A stretch of 51,366 bases of DNA from an uncultured Candidatus Saccharibacteria bacterium (lineage in GTDB: Bacteria > Patescibacteriota > Minisyncoccia > UBA6257 > 1-14-0-10-40-38). Position 1 is the first letter of the stretch, and each line of letters opens with the position of its first letter. The notes beneath the pieces were generated by a model, which saw only the letters and a program-made list of their open reading frames with translations, was not told where the DNA came from and made no database searches. The translations under genes were made by a program, and so were the position numbers. Where the stretch lies: assembly GCA_964367145.1 (NCBI GenBank), contig CAYIWJ010000003.1, positions 1 to 51,366 of the forward strand. Direction: 5' to 3'. Of the stretch, positions 15,396 to 24,834 are shown piece after piece.

Positions 15396-16254
15396 TAGCT
15401 CCAGAAAAAAAGCCTGGTCCTTAGTCCTTGTCTTCTGGGGTCTGGCTGTCTGGATTTTTGTTAAATCGGGAATATTCGCGCCGGAGCCAAAAACCGAACT
15501 CTTCTTTTTGAGTGTTGGTCAGGGCGACAGCGAATTGATTGTCGCTCGTAATCAATCTGGCCAGCCGGTGACGATTCTCATCGACGGCGGCCGCAACGCC
15601 GCGGTGATGGGGGAGTTGGATCGCGTACTTCCCCAAAATCACCGGTTAATCGATTTGATGATTATGACTCACCCTCAACTTGATCACTTCGCCGGTTTAA
15701 TTGACGTTGTCAGAACTTTGCCGGTTCGGGCTTTTTTAGCAACCGGCCGCAAGGGAGAAATCAGTGCTTATGATGAATTGCGCCTCGCCCTTATTGATAA
15801 AAAAATTCCCTACATTGTAATCGGCGAAGGAGATACGGTGCGATACGGCGCTTCTCGTCTTAACATCGTTTCGCCCTCGCCTACGGAGCGGCGCGACAAA
15901 GAACTCAACACCACCTCCATAGTTTTTCGTTTTACGGATGGCAACATTTCCGCCATTTATACCGGAGACGCCGGTACGAATGTAGAAACTCGGTTGGCCA
16001 AAAAATATCCGCTCGCTTCCGATGTGCTCAAAGTCGGTCATCACGGTTCAAAGTTTTCCTCGGCAACCGTATTTCTTAAAGCGGTTAATCCCAAGGCGGC
16101 GATTATCGAAGTGGGCAAAAACACCTATGGCCATCCAACCAAAGCCGCTCTCGAGCGCTTAGAAAAAAATGGCGCTCAAATTTTCCGCACCGACCTCGAT
16201 GGCACCGTCAAAATTATTAAATCAGCGCAGGGGTTAACCGCAACCGGACTCTAA
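15385..16254 (+). CDS. MBL-fold metallo-hydrolase (ComEC C-terminal beta-lactamase-like domain encoded as a separate gene)
   Basis: N-terminal TM helix, THPQLDHFAG and VGHHGS motifs. Overlaps comEC by 11 nt. Confidence 0.8.
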   Translation: MNHNSSRKKAWSLVLVFWGLAVWIFVKSGIFAPEPKTELFFLSVGQGDSELIVARNQSGQPVTILIDGGRNAAVMGELDRVLPQNHRLIDLMIMTHPQLDHFAGLIDVVRTLPVRAFLATGRKGEISAYDELRLALIDKKIPYIVIGEGDTVRYGASRLNIVSPSPTERRDKELNTTSIVFRFTDGNISAIYTGDAGTNVETRLAKKYPLASDVLKVGHHGSKFSSATVFLKAVNPKAAIIEVGKNTYGHPTKAALERLEKNGAQIFRTDLDGTVKIIKSAQGLTATGL

Positions 16255-16402
16255 AAATCTACTTGTGGATAGCTCGGCTTGCTTTAGTCCCAATCTTTAG
16301 AGACAATCAAATTAGCACCTATTGAGCCGCTGCGGGCAAAGCGCGGCTCTGATGAGAGTGGGGGCGCTCTCCACAACTGCTTCTTCGGCATACCCCACTC
16401 GA

Positions 16403-16440
16403 CCCGGGCTTCTCGCTAAAGCGGAATCCCGGGTTTTTTT
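16403..16440 (+). terminator. rho-independent terminator
   Basis: Stem CCCGGG...CCCGGG followed by T7. Confidence 0.7.
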
Positions 16441-16523
16441 ATATGATTTTCCATAAATACCATGCTCGTCTTAGCTCGTGAAGCTTTATTCATCTGCTCA
16501 AATTGACAAAGACACTTATCTGT

Positions 16524-16557
16524 AAAAAATCCCCGCGACTTTGGAAAAGTCACGGGG
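16524..16557 (-). terminator. rho-independent terminator (minus strand)
   Basis: Minus strand reads CCCCGTGACTTTTCCAAAGTCGCGGGG followed by ATTTTTT. It lies ~240 nt downstream of the dnaX stop. Confidence 0.65.
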
Positions 16558-16796
16558 AAAGGGCGCGGATGAGCCCGACCCGCTTGGACCTGAGGCCACC
16601 AACGCCTAATTAGAATCTACCGAAAAAAACGATCGAGGCGATTACGCTTCAACGCAATCTTAGAGCCGATCCTTTGCCGATCCGGAATATACAGTCCCGG
16701 AAAGGCACCGGTGCGAGACGGCGCCTCGTGGTTTGCGCGTTTCTCGGCAGACACTAAAAAAAAGATAACACCCAATTAAACCGGAAGCAAGCCACA

Positions 16797-17927
16797 TTAA
16801 AAATTACCCCCGGTTTTCTTTCCCGATAGAAAAGCAATAAGCGCCACCTCAAGCGGGACACCGGCGAACGGACTATAGCGCATTTCGCTGTGCGCGCGAA
16901 TTAGAGCCCGAAGAAGGGGAATATGGCGCTCCGGATGAATTAGCATGGCCTGCGCCTTTATTGACTGAATGTTCTCTTCACCGAACTCATCGCGAAAAAG
17001 TTCCAAAAGCGACGCATCGGCGTTTACGCTCAAAACTCGCCGCAAATAATGGATTAGCTCCTTGTTAAGATCCACCACGTTAAAACCAGAATCCTCAAAA
17101 GCCCGCAAATATTTCAAAACTTCGGATAGTTTTTCCTTTATAATCAAATCGGCCAGCGCGCTGACTCGGGCAAGGCCAACCTTGCCGATGGATCTTTCAA
17201 CCGCCGTCGCGTCTACTTCGTCTTCAAGCGAAGTCATCTGATCCAGTAAGGATTCCGAGTCGCGCAAACTGCCTTCACCGGCTTGGGCGATTAAGGCCAA
17301 AGCATCGGCAGTAATCCGAAAATTTTCCGCTTTGGCAATTGCTTTTAATTTTTGAATAATTATGGCTAAGGGTATTTTTTTAAAGTGAAAGCGCTGGGTT
17401 CGCGAAATAATCGTCGCCGGCATTTTTTCATATTCCGTGGTCGCCAGCACAAAGATCGCGTGTGCCGGAGGTTCTTCCAAAGTCTTAAGTAAAGCGTTAA
17501 ATGCGTCCTTGGTTAGTTGGTGAACTTCGTCAATAATATAAATTTTATGCTTTCCCGAAACCGGAGTCAGCGCGATTCCTTCTTTTAAGTCTCGAATCTC
17601 ATCAATACCGCGATTAGAGGCGGCGTCAATTTCTACCACGTCAAGCGATCTTCCGGAATCAATGGCCATGCATTGCTCGCATGTATTGCACGGCTCACCT
17701 TCGGCGCGGAACTTTAGATTTTTTCCCCGCGTCTCGCAGTTGGCGATTTTGGCTAAAATTCGCGCGGCGGTTGTTTTGCCGCTTCCTCTTGAGCCATAAA
17801 ACAAATAGGCGTGAGCTAAATTATCCCGCGCTGAAGCGTTGCGCAGGACGTTAACAACATCATCTTGCCCCAAAAGATCGCGAAGTGTTTTTGGGCGGTA
17901 TTTTCGGTAGAGCGCCAAGGATGACAT
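16797..17927 (-). CDS. dnaX: DNA polymerase III subunit gamma/tau (short form)
   Basis: YRKYRPKTL, Walker A GSRGSGKTT, a Cys cluster CETR..C.TCEQC, and DEVHQL. ATG at 17927. Confidence 0.9.
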   Translation of the reverse strand: MSSLALYRKYRPKTLRDLLGQDDVVNVLRNASARDNLAHAYLFYGSRGSGKTTAARILAKIANCETRGKNLKFRAEGEPCNTCEQCMAIDSGRSLDVVEIDAASNRGIDEIRDLKEGIALTPVSGKHKIYIIDEVHQLTKDAFNALLKTLEEPPAHAIFVLATTEYEKMPATIISRTQRFHFKKIPLAIIIQKLKAIAKAENFRITADALALIAQAGEGSLRDSESLLDQMTSLEDEVDATAVERSIGKVGLARVSALADLIIKEKLSEVLKYLRAFEDSGFNVVDLNKELIHYLRRVLSVNADASLLELFRDEFGEENIQSIKAQAMLIHPERHIPLLRALIRAHSEMRYSPFAGVPLEVALIAFLSGKKTGGNF

Positions 17928-18097
17928 ATCAGTATTGTACGTGCTGGAAGCGGAAAACAAAAGCGATGGGTTTTGACTGAACTTAAATTTAGCCTAAACT
18001 CTAAATTAGAACCTTGAAAACTAAACAGACTAGGGCACGGGTCATCTTTTGACCTTTACTCATCACGTTTGGCGATTTTTTTGAAAGGTCAAGCCTG

Positions 18098-18676
18098 ATG
18101 GAACTATCTTTACGGCGTCGAATCTGGCAAGAGTTTTACGAAGAAAAGTTTGGCGTTGACCCGCAACGAGTTCCGCAAGTACTGGCTATTCCAAATTCGG
18201 AGCTTATTTTTCCGATACCGGTCGTCAAAGAGGTGGGTGTTGGATTGGTTATTCAGGAGTTAACGCAGTCAAACGAAAATCATCTTCGCTGGAACTATCC
18301 TCTGCGAGCCGGTGTTTTTCCGCAAAGAGATCGTCCCATCGGGAGCTATGTTGTTTACGCGCGAGCCAATGCTGGTTCGGATATTGGCTTTGAAAGTCGC
18401 TCGGTTTCTTGGGCGCTTAAAAACAAAGTTCGCGTCATGACCCTTAAAGAGCGCCTGCTTTTTGAACTCTATCGCCGATACATGGACGAACCGCGCCTTG
18501 ATAGCGACACTTGGACACTTTGTAGTGATGTTTTGGAATCAGGCCAAGATATTCCCGCCGTCGGCTGGGAGGATGGTTCTTTTTGCGTCAAGCCGATTAG
18601 TATTAGTTTTGCAAGTCACCTGCATCGCATCCGCGAAGTTTTGCTCCAGCCTCGCATAAAACCCCCACCTCCGTGA
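18098..18676 (+). CDS. hypothetical protein, paralog of 33336..34100
   Basis: Shares the blocks SY.V, TL.ERLL.E, TLCS and D.P.VGW.DG with the GC-rich ORF at 33336..34100. Confidence 0.6.
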   Translation: MELSLRRRIWQEFYEEKFGVDPQRVPQVLAIPNSELIFPIPVVKEVGVGLVIQELTQSNENHLRWNYPLRAGVFPQRDRPIGSYVVYARANAGSDIGFESRSVSWALKNKVRVMTLKERLLFELYRRYMDEPRLDSDTWTLCSDVLESGQDIPAVGWEDGSFCVKPISISFASHLHRIREVLLQPRIKPPPP

Positions 18677-18720
18677 GGGTTTTTTTATTGGGCTTTTTTC
18701 GACGACTCATCAATTTTTTT

Positions 18721-18749
18721 TTGGCTTCCCATAATTCAAAGAATAAGAT
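18721..18749 (+). promoter_or_regulatory. promoter TTGGCT-N17-TAAGAT
   Basis: Hexamers at 18721-18726 and 18744-18749. Confidence 0.4.
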
Positions 18750-18789
18750 AATCTTTTAACAATCAAACCAAGCGTTAAACAAGAAGCGT

Positions 18790-20064
18790 ATGCAGAAGTT
18801 TTTTTTGGGCGCCGGAGCAGTTCTCATTGCTGGAAGCAGTTTATTTTTTTTCTCGCCAAAATTTACTCGAGTCATTCAAATTTTAGAGAACAGACCCCAC
18901 AGTTCTTTGAGCGAAATTAAAGAAAATATAGCCGATAAAAAAATTCCCTTAGCCGACATTGAACCGCAACCCCAACTCCAAAATCCACCGACCGTAATCA
19001 AAGCCGTCTACGCCACCAACTGGTCGGCTGGCAATTCCAAAAGCATCGAAAAGCTTATTCAATTAATCAAAGAGACCGAAATCAACGCGATCGTAATTGA
19101 CATCAAGGATTATACCGGCGTCGTTGGCTATAGAACTGATCTGGAACTCGTGGGGAAGTACGGCGCCGAAGAAAACCGCATACCTTTTATAAATCGTCTC
19201 CTCAAACGTCTGCACGACGAAAATATTTATGTGATTGGCCGAATCGCCGTCTTTGAAGATCAGGCTCTAGCGACATCTCGTCCCGAACTTAGTCTAAAAA
19301 GTTTGGCGACCGGAAAGTCTTGGCGCACGCGTAACGGCCTTCTGTGGTTGGACGCCACCTCCAGGGAAGTTTGGGATTATAACCTCGCGATCGCCGCTGA
19401 CGCCTTGCGCCGAGGATTTGACGAAATCAACCTTGACTACATTCGCTTTCCCTCCGATGGCAATCTAGAGGATATCAGCTACCCGTTTTGGGATAAGCAA
19501 GTTCCTCGACGGGAAGTTATTAAAAACTTTTTTGCCTATGTTCGCGAAAAACTTCCGAATGCGATCTTATCCGCCGATCTTTTTGGTCTGGTAACCATCA
19601 ACACCGATGATCTTGGCATCGGCCAGTATTTGGAATATGCCCTGCCTTATTTTGATTATGTTTCGCCGATGACTTATCCGTCCCACTACAATAAAGGCTT
19701 TTTGGGTTATGACGAACCTTCAAAATATCCGTATGAGGTGGTTAAGAATTCCATGCAAAACGCCGTTGATCGGCAAAAAAAATTCACCGACCAAAACATT
19801 GGCAAAATTAATCGCGTGGCAAAAATTCGTCCTTGGCTTCAGGATTTTAGCCTTGGCGTCCATTACACTCACGACCTGGTTCAAGCCCAAATGCGTGGAG
19901 TGGCCGATGTTTTTACCTCTTGCATTCCCGGGGTAAATCCCGCGGGCGAAACCAAGCCAAGTTCGCCCTGCGCCTCTCAACTTTCCGAAGACTACAGCGG
20001 TTGGATGCTCTGGAGTCCCTCCAATGTTTATACTCGCGAAGCGCTTACCGCCGAAACGCCGTAA
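18790..20064 (+). CDS. putative glycoside-hydrolase-like TIM-barrel protein (DUF4015/COG1306-like) with an N-terminal anchor
   Basis: Signal/anchor sequence followed by IKAVYATNWSAG...INAIVIDIKDYTGVVGY...DYIRFPSDG, which is typical of that family. Confidence 0.5.
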   Translation: MQKFFLGAGAVLIAGSSLFFFSPKFTRVIQILENRPHSSLSEIKENIADKKIPLADIEPQPQLQNPPTVIKAVYATNWSAGNSKSIEKLIQLIKETEINAIVIDIKDYTGVVGYRTDLELVGKYGAEENRIPFINRLLKRLHDENIYVIGRIAVFEDQALATSRPELSLKSLATGKSWRTRNGLLWLDATSREVWDYNLAIAADALRRGFDEINLDYIRFPSDGNLEDISYPFWDKQVPRREVIKNFFAYVREKLPNAILSADLFGLVTINTDDLGIGQYLEYALPYFDYVSPMTYPSHYNKGFLGYDEPSKYPYEVVKNSMQNAVDRQKKFTDQNIGKINRVAKIRPWLQDFSLGVHYTHDLVQAQMRGVADVFTSCIPGVNPAGETKPSSPCASQLSEDYSGWMLWSPSNVYTREALTAETP

Positions 20065-20072
20065 ATCAAACT

Positions 20073-20795
20073 ATGCCGCCTAATTTTTTTGAGTTAAAAC
20101 TTGATCAGTTCATCGGCCCACTCGACAAGCTACTTATTCTAGTGGAGGAACGAGAACTTCCAATTAACGACATCAGTCTCGCGGCGGTTACCGGAGACTT
20201 TTTGGATTACATCAAAAAGCTAGAGGGAAAAGTGGAAACTCTCTTCTTGTCGGATTTTTTGGTCATCGCCGCCAAGCTCGTGCTCATTAAATCCAAAACA
20301 CTTTTGCCCTCCATCGAATTGACCGCGGAGGAAGAGGGGGAGATTAAAGACCTTGAATCGCGTCTGGTTCTTTATCGGGAATTCAAAGCGGCCGGATTGG
20401 GTTTAAAAAATCTCTGGAGTCCTTTACCCGCAATGTATCGCCGTCCGCTCCTTGCTTCTTTTCGGGAGGGGATGCTCTTCTATCCCCCAGAAGGAGTTAC
20501 CCCCGCCCCGCTTCTTGCCTCTCTGCTTGGCGCCGTCCAACGGTTTGAAGAAATTATTCCAGAAAAAGCCACGGTTAAAAAACTTTTAGTCACCGTGGAA
20601 GAAAAAGTGCAAGAACTGTTAAATCGCTTCGCGGAAAGAATCTCGCATAGTTTCGCCAGTGTGGCTAAAGACAAGTCGCGGGATGAAATCATCGCCCTCT
20701 TCCTTGCCGTCCTTCATTTGCTCAAAGAAAAACAGATTGATGTGGAACAAGAAGCTCATTTTAGTGATATACTGGTCAAAAAAAACGCCGCTTAA
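20073..20795 (+). CDS. scpA: segregation and condensation protein A
   Basis: FELKLDQFIGPLDKLLILVEERELPINDISLAAVTGDFLDYI. ATG 20073 chosen inside the longer ORF 19920..20795. Followed by scpB. Confidence 0.85.
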   Translation: MPPNFFELKLDQFIGPLDKLLILVEERELPINDISLAAVTGDFLDYIKKLEGKVETLFLSDFLVIAAKLVLIKSKTLLPSIELTAEEEGEIKDLESRLVLYREFKAAGLGLKNLWSPLPAMYRRPLLASFREGMLFYPPEGVTPAPLLASLLGAVQRFEEIIPEKATVKKLLVTVEEKVQELLNRFAERISHSFASVAKDKSRDEIIALFLAVLHLLKEKQIDVEQEAHFSDILVKKNAA

Positions 20796-20798
20796 TCC

Positions 20799-21368
20799 AT
20801 GGACGCTCAACCCAATTCCTCTAAAAATATCATCGGCCAGTTGGAAGTCATTCTATTCACTCACGGTGAACCCTTGCCAATAAAAAAAATCGTCGCCTTG
20901 CTTGGCCTCGATGAGTCGGCGACACGAAGTGCCGTCGCCGATCTCGCCTCTTCGCTTAGCGCGAGCGATCGGGGACTCACGGTCATTGTTCAAGACGACG
21001 AAGTTGAATTAGTCACCAAGCCGGAACATCGCGAGCTAGTTCATACCATCATTAAAAATGAATTTGAAGAGGAATTATCTCCGGCAATTCAGGAAGCGCT
21101 GGCGATTATTGCCTACACCGGCCCGATCTCTCGGGGCGAGATTGATTACATTCGAGGCGTAAATTCAAGTTTTACAGTTCGCAGTCTCTTGCTTCGCGGG
21201 CTAATTGAACGTAGCGCGAAAAGCGACGATGCCCGATCGGTGGTTTACCAAATAAGTTTGTCTTTTTTAGAACATCTCGGACTCACCAAGTCCGGTCAAT
21301 TACCGGATTACGGCAAATATCGAGCCTTGATTAAAACCTTTCGCGCCGCTCCCCAAGCCGAAACTTAA
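20799..21368 (+). CDS. scpB: SMC-Scp complex subunit ScpB
   Basis: LEVILFTHGEPLPIKKI and ALAIIAYTGPISRGEIDYIRGVNS motifs. Confidence 0.85.
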   Translation: MDAQPNSSKNIIGQLEVILFTHGEPLPIKKIVALLGLDESATRSAVADLASSLSASDRGLTVIVQDDEVELVTKPEHRELVHTIIKNEFEEELSPAIQEALAIIAYTGPISRGEIDYIRGVNSSFTVRSLLLRGLIERSAKSDDARSVVYQISLSFLEHLGLTKSGQLPDYGKYRALIKTFRAAPQAET

Positions 21369-21374
21369 CTGCTC

Positions 21375-22334
21375 ATGAAAAGCCTTCGTCTGGAAAGTCT
21401 ATTTTTCGCCGTGGTCGTTTTATTTTCAGTTTCCGTCTCGCGGAAGCTTACCGAGCCACCGGCAAAACCCTACGATAATCTTCAGGTTATCAGTTTAGCT
21501 TCAAGTCTAAACGCGTCTTCGGCGGAAACCTTCTCGCCCGCGCCAGAAACCTCTCCACGCAATCTAGCTTTGCCGCAACCAGTAACGCCTCTAAAGGCAA
21601 GAAAGCCGCTTGCCGAACCAAGTCTTAGCGCCATTGAATACTTGGCTAAAAATTTAGATGGCGATTCAAAAATTCTTTTGGAGCGCCGCCGTGAAAATCG
21701 CTGGCCAATAGCTTCTATTACCAAACTTATGACCGCGGTCGTGGCTCGCGAGAAGATTCCGTTTGAAACGACAATCCGAATAACCGAAACCGCGGCCGCC
21801 ACCGAAGGGCAAGCTGGTGGCCTAAAAACCGCAGAAGAATTTTCCCGCGACGATCTTATCAAGGCCATGCTCATGGTCTCAAGCAACGACGCCGCCGAAG
21901 TGTTGGCGGAATATCTTGGGCGCAAAGTCTATCTCCAAGCCATGCAAATCAAAGCTCAAGAACTGCAAATGAGTAATACTACCTTCGCTGACCCGACCGG
22001 TCTCTCTTATCTCAATCAATCAACTCCCGAAGATTTAGAAAAACTAACGCGATACATTATCGAAAAACATCCCCAGATTTTTACCACAACCGCCGAACTC
22101 AAAAGCGATATTCTGGAGTTAATTTCGCGAACCAAGCGTCGCCTCATGAACATCAATGCCTTAAGCAGTCGGCCGGAGTTTCTCGGCGGCAAGACCGGCT
22201 TTACCGCCGAAGCCGACGGTAACTTGCTGTCGCTATTTCGTTTCGGAAATGATAGACTGCTCATCATTGTTTTTGGATCCGATGACCGCGTGGGCGACAC
22301 CCTAAAAATCTATGATTATCTTGCAAGCCGTTAA
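21375..22334 (+). CDS. D-alanyl-D-alanine carboxypeptidase (peptidase S11, PBP5-like)
   Basis: SITK (SxxK), SSND (SxN) and KTGFT (KTG) motifs. N-terminal signal/anchor sequence. Confidence 0.75.
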   Translation: MKSLRLESLFFAVVVLFSVSVSRKLTEPPAKPYDNLQVISLASSLNASSAETFSPAPETSPRNLALPQPVTPLKARKPLAEPSLSAIEYLAKNLDGDSKILLERRRENRWPIASITKLMTAVVAREKIPFETTIRITETAAATEGQAGGLKTAEEFSRDDLIKAMLMVSSNDAAEVLAEYLGRKVYLQAMQIKAQELQMSNTTFADPTGLSYLNQSTPEDLEKLTRYIIEKHPQIFTTTAELKSDILELISRTKRRLMNINALSSRPEFLGGKTGFTAEADGNLLSLFRFGNDRLLIIVFGSDDRVGDTLKIYDYLASR

Positions 22335-23355
22335 AATTTTAAGCCTCTCTATGCTGGCTTTTGTCGTGGCCTTTGCCGTCACTCCTTTTGTACTCAAAAT
22401 TTTAACTCGCCTCAACTCGGGCAAACACATTAAGCGCAACGACGAAACTCCAATTTATAACCAACTTCACCGGCACAAAGAAGGCACGCCCAATATGGCT
22501 GGCATTATTATTTGGGGAACGGTGCTGGGGATCGCCTTTCTGATTCTGGTCTTGGCCAATGTTTTCGACGGAGTCTTTGGGTATCTTAATTTTGTGAACC
22601 GCGCCGAAACCTTTTTACCGCTCGCCGCCATGTTGCTCGCGGCACTTTTTGGATTTTTAGATGATATGCTGGGTGTTTGGCGCGTTGGTCCCAACGGCGG
22701 CGGTCTCAAAATGCGCCACAAGATTTTAGTTTACCTAGTTCTGGGAATTATTGGCGCCTGGTGGTTTTATTTTCGCTTAGGCTTTGACGCGTTAATGATT
22801 CCGTTTTACGGCTTTGTGCCTCTCGGTTGGATTTATCTGCCATTCTTTATTTTTATTATTGTTGCTAGCGCCTTCTCGGCCAACGAAGCCGACGGCTTGG
22901 ATGGGCTCGCGGGCGGCGTCATGCTTTTTGCTTTTATTGGACTCACTGTTGTCGCCTTTGTGCTTGGCCGATATCACTTAGCAACCTTTGGCGGAGTAAC
23001 CATCGGCGCCTTGCTCGCTTTCTTGTGGTTCAACATTTACCCGGCCAGATTTTTTATGGGGGATACCGGCTCAATGGCGCTTGGCGTTACCATGGGAGTC
23101 ATTGCTCTCTTGACTAACACCGCTTTACTTTTGCCTTTTTTCGCTCCAATTCTAATTATTGAATCCGGATCAGTCATTCTCCAACTATTAAGCAAGAAAC
23201 TCCGCGGGAAAAAGATTTTTCTCTCCGCCCCCATCCACAATCACTTTCTAGCACTCGGCTGGCCCGAAGCCCGAGTTACCATGCGCCTCTGGATTATCTC
23301 CGCTATTTCCGTGGTTTTTGGTCTGGCTATCTTTTTCTTAAACCGCTATCTGTAG
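22312..23355 (+). CDS. mraY: phospho-N-acetylmuramoyl-pentapeptide transferase
   Basis: Polytopic protein with NEADGLDGLAGG and MGDTGSMALG motifs. The start is uncertain (overlaps the upstream gene by 23 nt). Confidence 0.9.
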   Translation: MIILQAVKILSLSMLAFVVAFAVTPFVLKILTRLNSGKHIKRNDETPIYNQLHRHKEGTPNMAGIIIWGTVLGIAFLILVLANVFDGVFGYLNFVNRAETFLPLAAMLLAALFGFLDDMLGVWRVGPNGGGLKMRHKILVYLVLGIIGAWWFYFRLGFDALMIPFYGFVPLGWIYLPFFIFIIVASAFSANEADGLDGLAGGVMLFAFIGLTVVAFVLGRYHLATFGGVTIGALLAFLWFNIYPARFFMGDTGSMALGVTMGVIALLTNTALLLPFFAPILIIESGSVILQLLSKKLRGKKIFLSAPIHNHFLALGWPEARVTMRLWIISAISVVFGLAIFFLNRYL

Positions 23356-23463
23356 AACCGCTATCCACAAGTCACCAACCAAGAGATTTAGAAGTGTTAT
23401 ACTAATCAAAGAATCCAAATTCGGATCAAAACCGTAAGAGTTGCTCCTTTTGAAAAATAACCT

Positions 23464-23988
23464 ATGCCGCCAAAAAGCCAAATGAAGCCGAAGCAGGTGG
23501 CGTGGATAATCTCCGCGATTGTTTTCGCGACCGCTTTCGCGATCAGCTTCTCACTCGTGAGAGAAAAAGCCCCACTCCCAACTTCTAATGATTTAGATCT
23601 TAACAATATTGCCGTTGAGGTTCCGTTTATCAGCGGAATAGTTACCGCGGTTGGCGATAATTTATTCAGTCTGGAGGTTTCTTCTTTGTTGGGAATTACA
23701 CTCCAACCCAATGACCCTCGTCGTCTCCGAACTATCGCCTTGACCGCTGAAACTTTGATTATTCGCGAGTCGCGCAAAGATGCCGGTGAGTATAATCGGC
23801 AAATTCTCCAATATAATGAAAACCGCGCCAAAGGAATAAATACCATGCCCCCAATTCCATATCAGGAAATTGTCTTGCGCCCGCAAGATATCGCCGTCGG
23901 TCAAACGGTCACTATCACCGGAGTCGAATATGGCAATCTCAAAGACCGCCTCACCATAACAGCGGCAAAGGTCAGTATTAAAAATTAA
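23464..23988 (+). CDS. hypothetical membrane-anchored protein
   Basis: N-terminal TM helix. No recognisable motif. Confidence 0.5.
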   Translation: MPPKSQMKPKQVAWIISAIVFATAFAISFSLVREKAPLPTSNDLDLNNIAVEVPFISGIVTAVGDNLFSLEVSSLLGITLQPNDPRRLRTIALTAETLIIRESRKDAGEYNRQILQYNENRAKGINTMPPIPYQEIVLRPQDIAVGQTVTITGVEYGNLKDRLTITAAKVSIKN

Positions 23989-23994
23989 AAAAAT

Positions 23995-24645
23995 ATGAAA
24001 AAAAATTTCGCGTTGTATTTAGCAGTGGCAGCGATAATTATGTCGAGTATTCAAATAGTCCGCGGTGGCTGGGTTGATCCACCGCAAGCCCCGCCCAGTG
24101 GCAACGTCTCGGCTCCGATGACCGCCTCTCCGGCCTTTCAATACAAGCCCGGCAAAATCGCGGCTCAAGACGTTTGGAGTGATCAAGCGAACGCTTGGGT
24201 AGCCGACTTGCACCAGGTTAAATATGTAAATGCCGAGTCCTCAACCTGGCCGACTGGTTACCATATTCTTAGCCTCACAAGTGTTAGCGCGCCGACTGCT
24301 TGGACTGTCATCAACGTTTCCGATACCAGTGGTTATTCCTTGGTTCAGGCAGGAAAAACAGCCAAGGCTTTGATTGTGCGAGTCTATTGTGGCCAATCCG
24401 AAGTCTTCGTCACCAAAGAAGTCTCTCCGGCGGCCATAACCAACAACATCTATGGGACGCCAAGCAACGATGGACGCAAAGTTTGCTCAGCCTTCAATAA
24501 TCAGCGCGATACTAATGATGCCGTGGTTCCGGTCACGGTCGTTTCGCAAGGCGCCATCAACACTTATCAATTTAAGTACAAAATATTTCCGACCAATCAA
24601 CCCAGCGTTGGCGTGGATATGTATGTTATCGGCGCCTATTACTAA
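23995..24645 (+). CDS. hypothetical secreted protein
   Basis: Signal peptide followed by GWVDPPQAPPSGNVSAP. A terminator follows. Confidence 0.55.
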   Translation: MKKNFALYLAVAAIIMSSIQIVRGGWVDPPQAPPSGNVSAPMTASPAFQYKPGKIAAQDVWSDQANAWVADLHQVKYVNAESSTWPTGYHILSLTSVSAPTAWTVINVSDTSGYSLVQAGKTAKALIVRVYCGQSEVFVTKEVSPAAITNNIYGTPSNDGRKVCSAFNNQRDTNDAVVPVTVVSQGAINTYQFKYKIFPTNQPSVGVDMYVIGAYY

Positions 24646-24664
24646 AAAACTTTTACCATCAAGT

Positions 24665-24698
24665 AAAAATAGATTCCATTTTCGGAATCTATTTTTTT
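24665..24698. terminator. rho-independent terminator (A-run/T-run flanked)
   Basis: Stem AATAGATTCC/GGAATCTATT plus a T-run. Confidence 0.75.
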
Positions 24699-24719
24699 AT
24701 GAAACGCGAACGTTAGAAA

Positions 24720-24728
24720 TGCTATAAT
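24720..24728 (+). promoter_or_regulatory. extended -10 element TGcTATAAT
   Basis: Located upstream of the amidohydrolase-ftsW-murG block. Confidence 0.4.
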
Positions 24729-24834
24729 ATTAAGACTTAGCGGAATAAGCCGTGCCTTGTAAATACAGCGTTGAGCGCCACAGCCCGCGAAAAGAAATGC
24801 GCCAAACACACAAACCCTGCAAAAACCAATCATT

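Noticed and set aside
16324-16349. GAGCCGC...GCGGCTC hairpin as a possible group II intron domain V
   Set aside because: The stem and bulge geometry is wrong and there is no GNRA tetraloop. No reverse transcriptase or maturase ORF and no other intron domains are present.
16349-16356. CTGATGAG string resembling the hammerhead ribozyme core
   Set aside because: The candidate stem II (GAGTGGGG/CCCCACTC) is followed by GAC rather than the required GAAA. No cleavage-site helix could be built.
19920-20072. 51-aa N-terminal extension of the scpA ORF overlapping the preceding gene
   Set aside because: It is Arg-rich and not ScpA-like. ATG 20073 lies just after the upstream stop and starts the conserved ScpA N-terminus.
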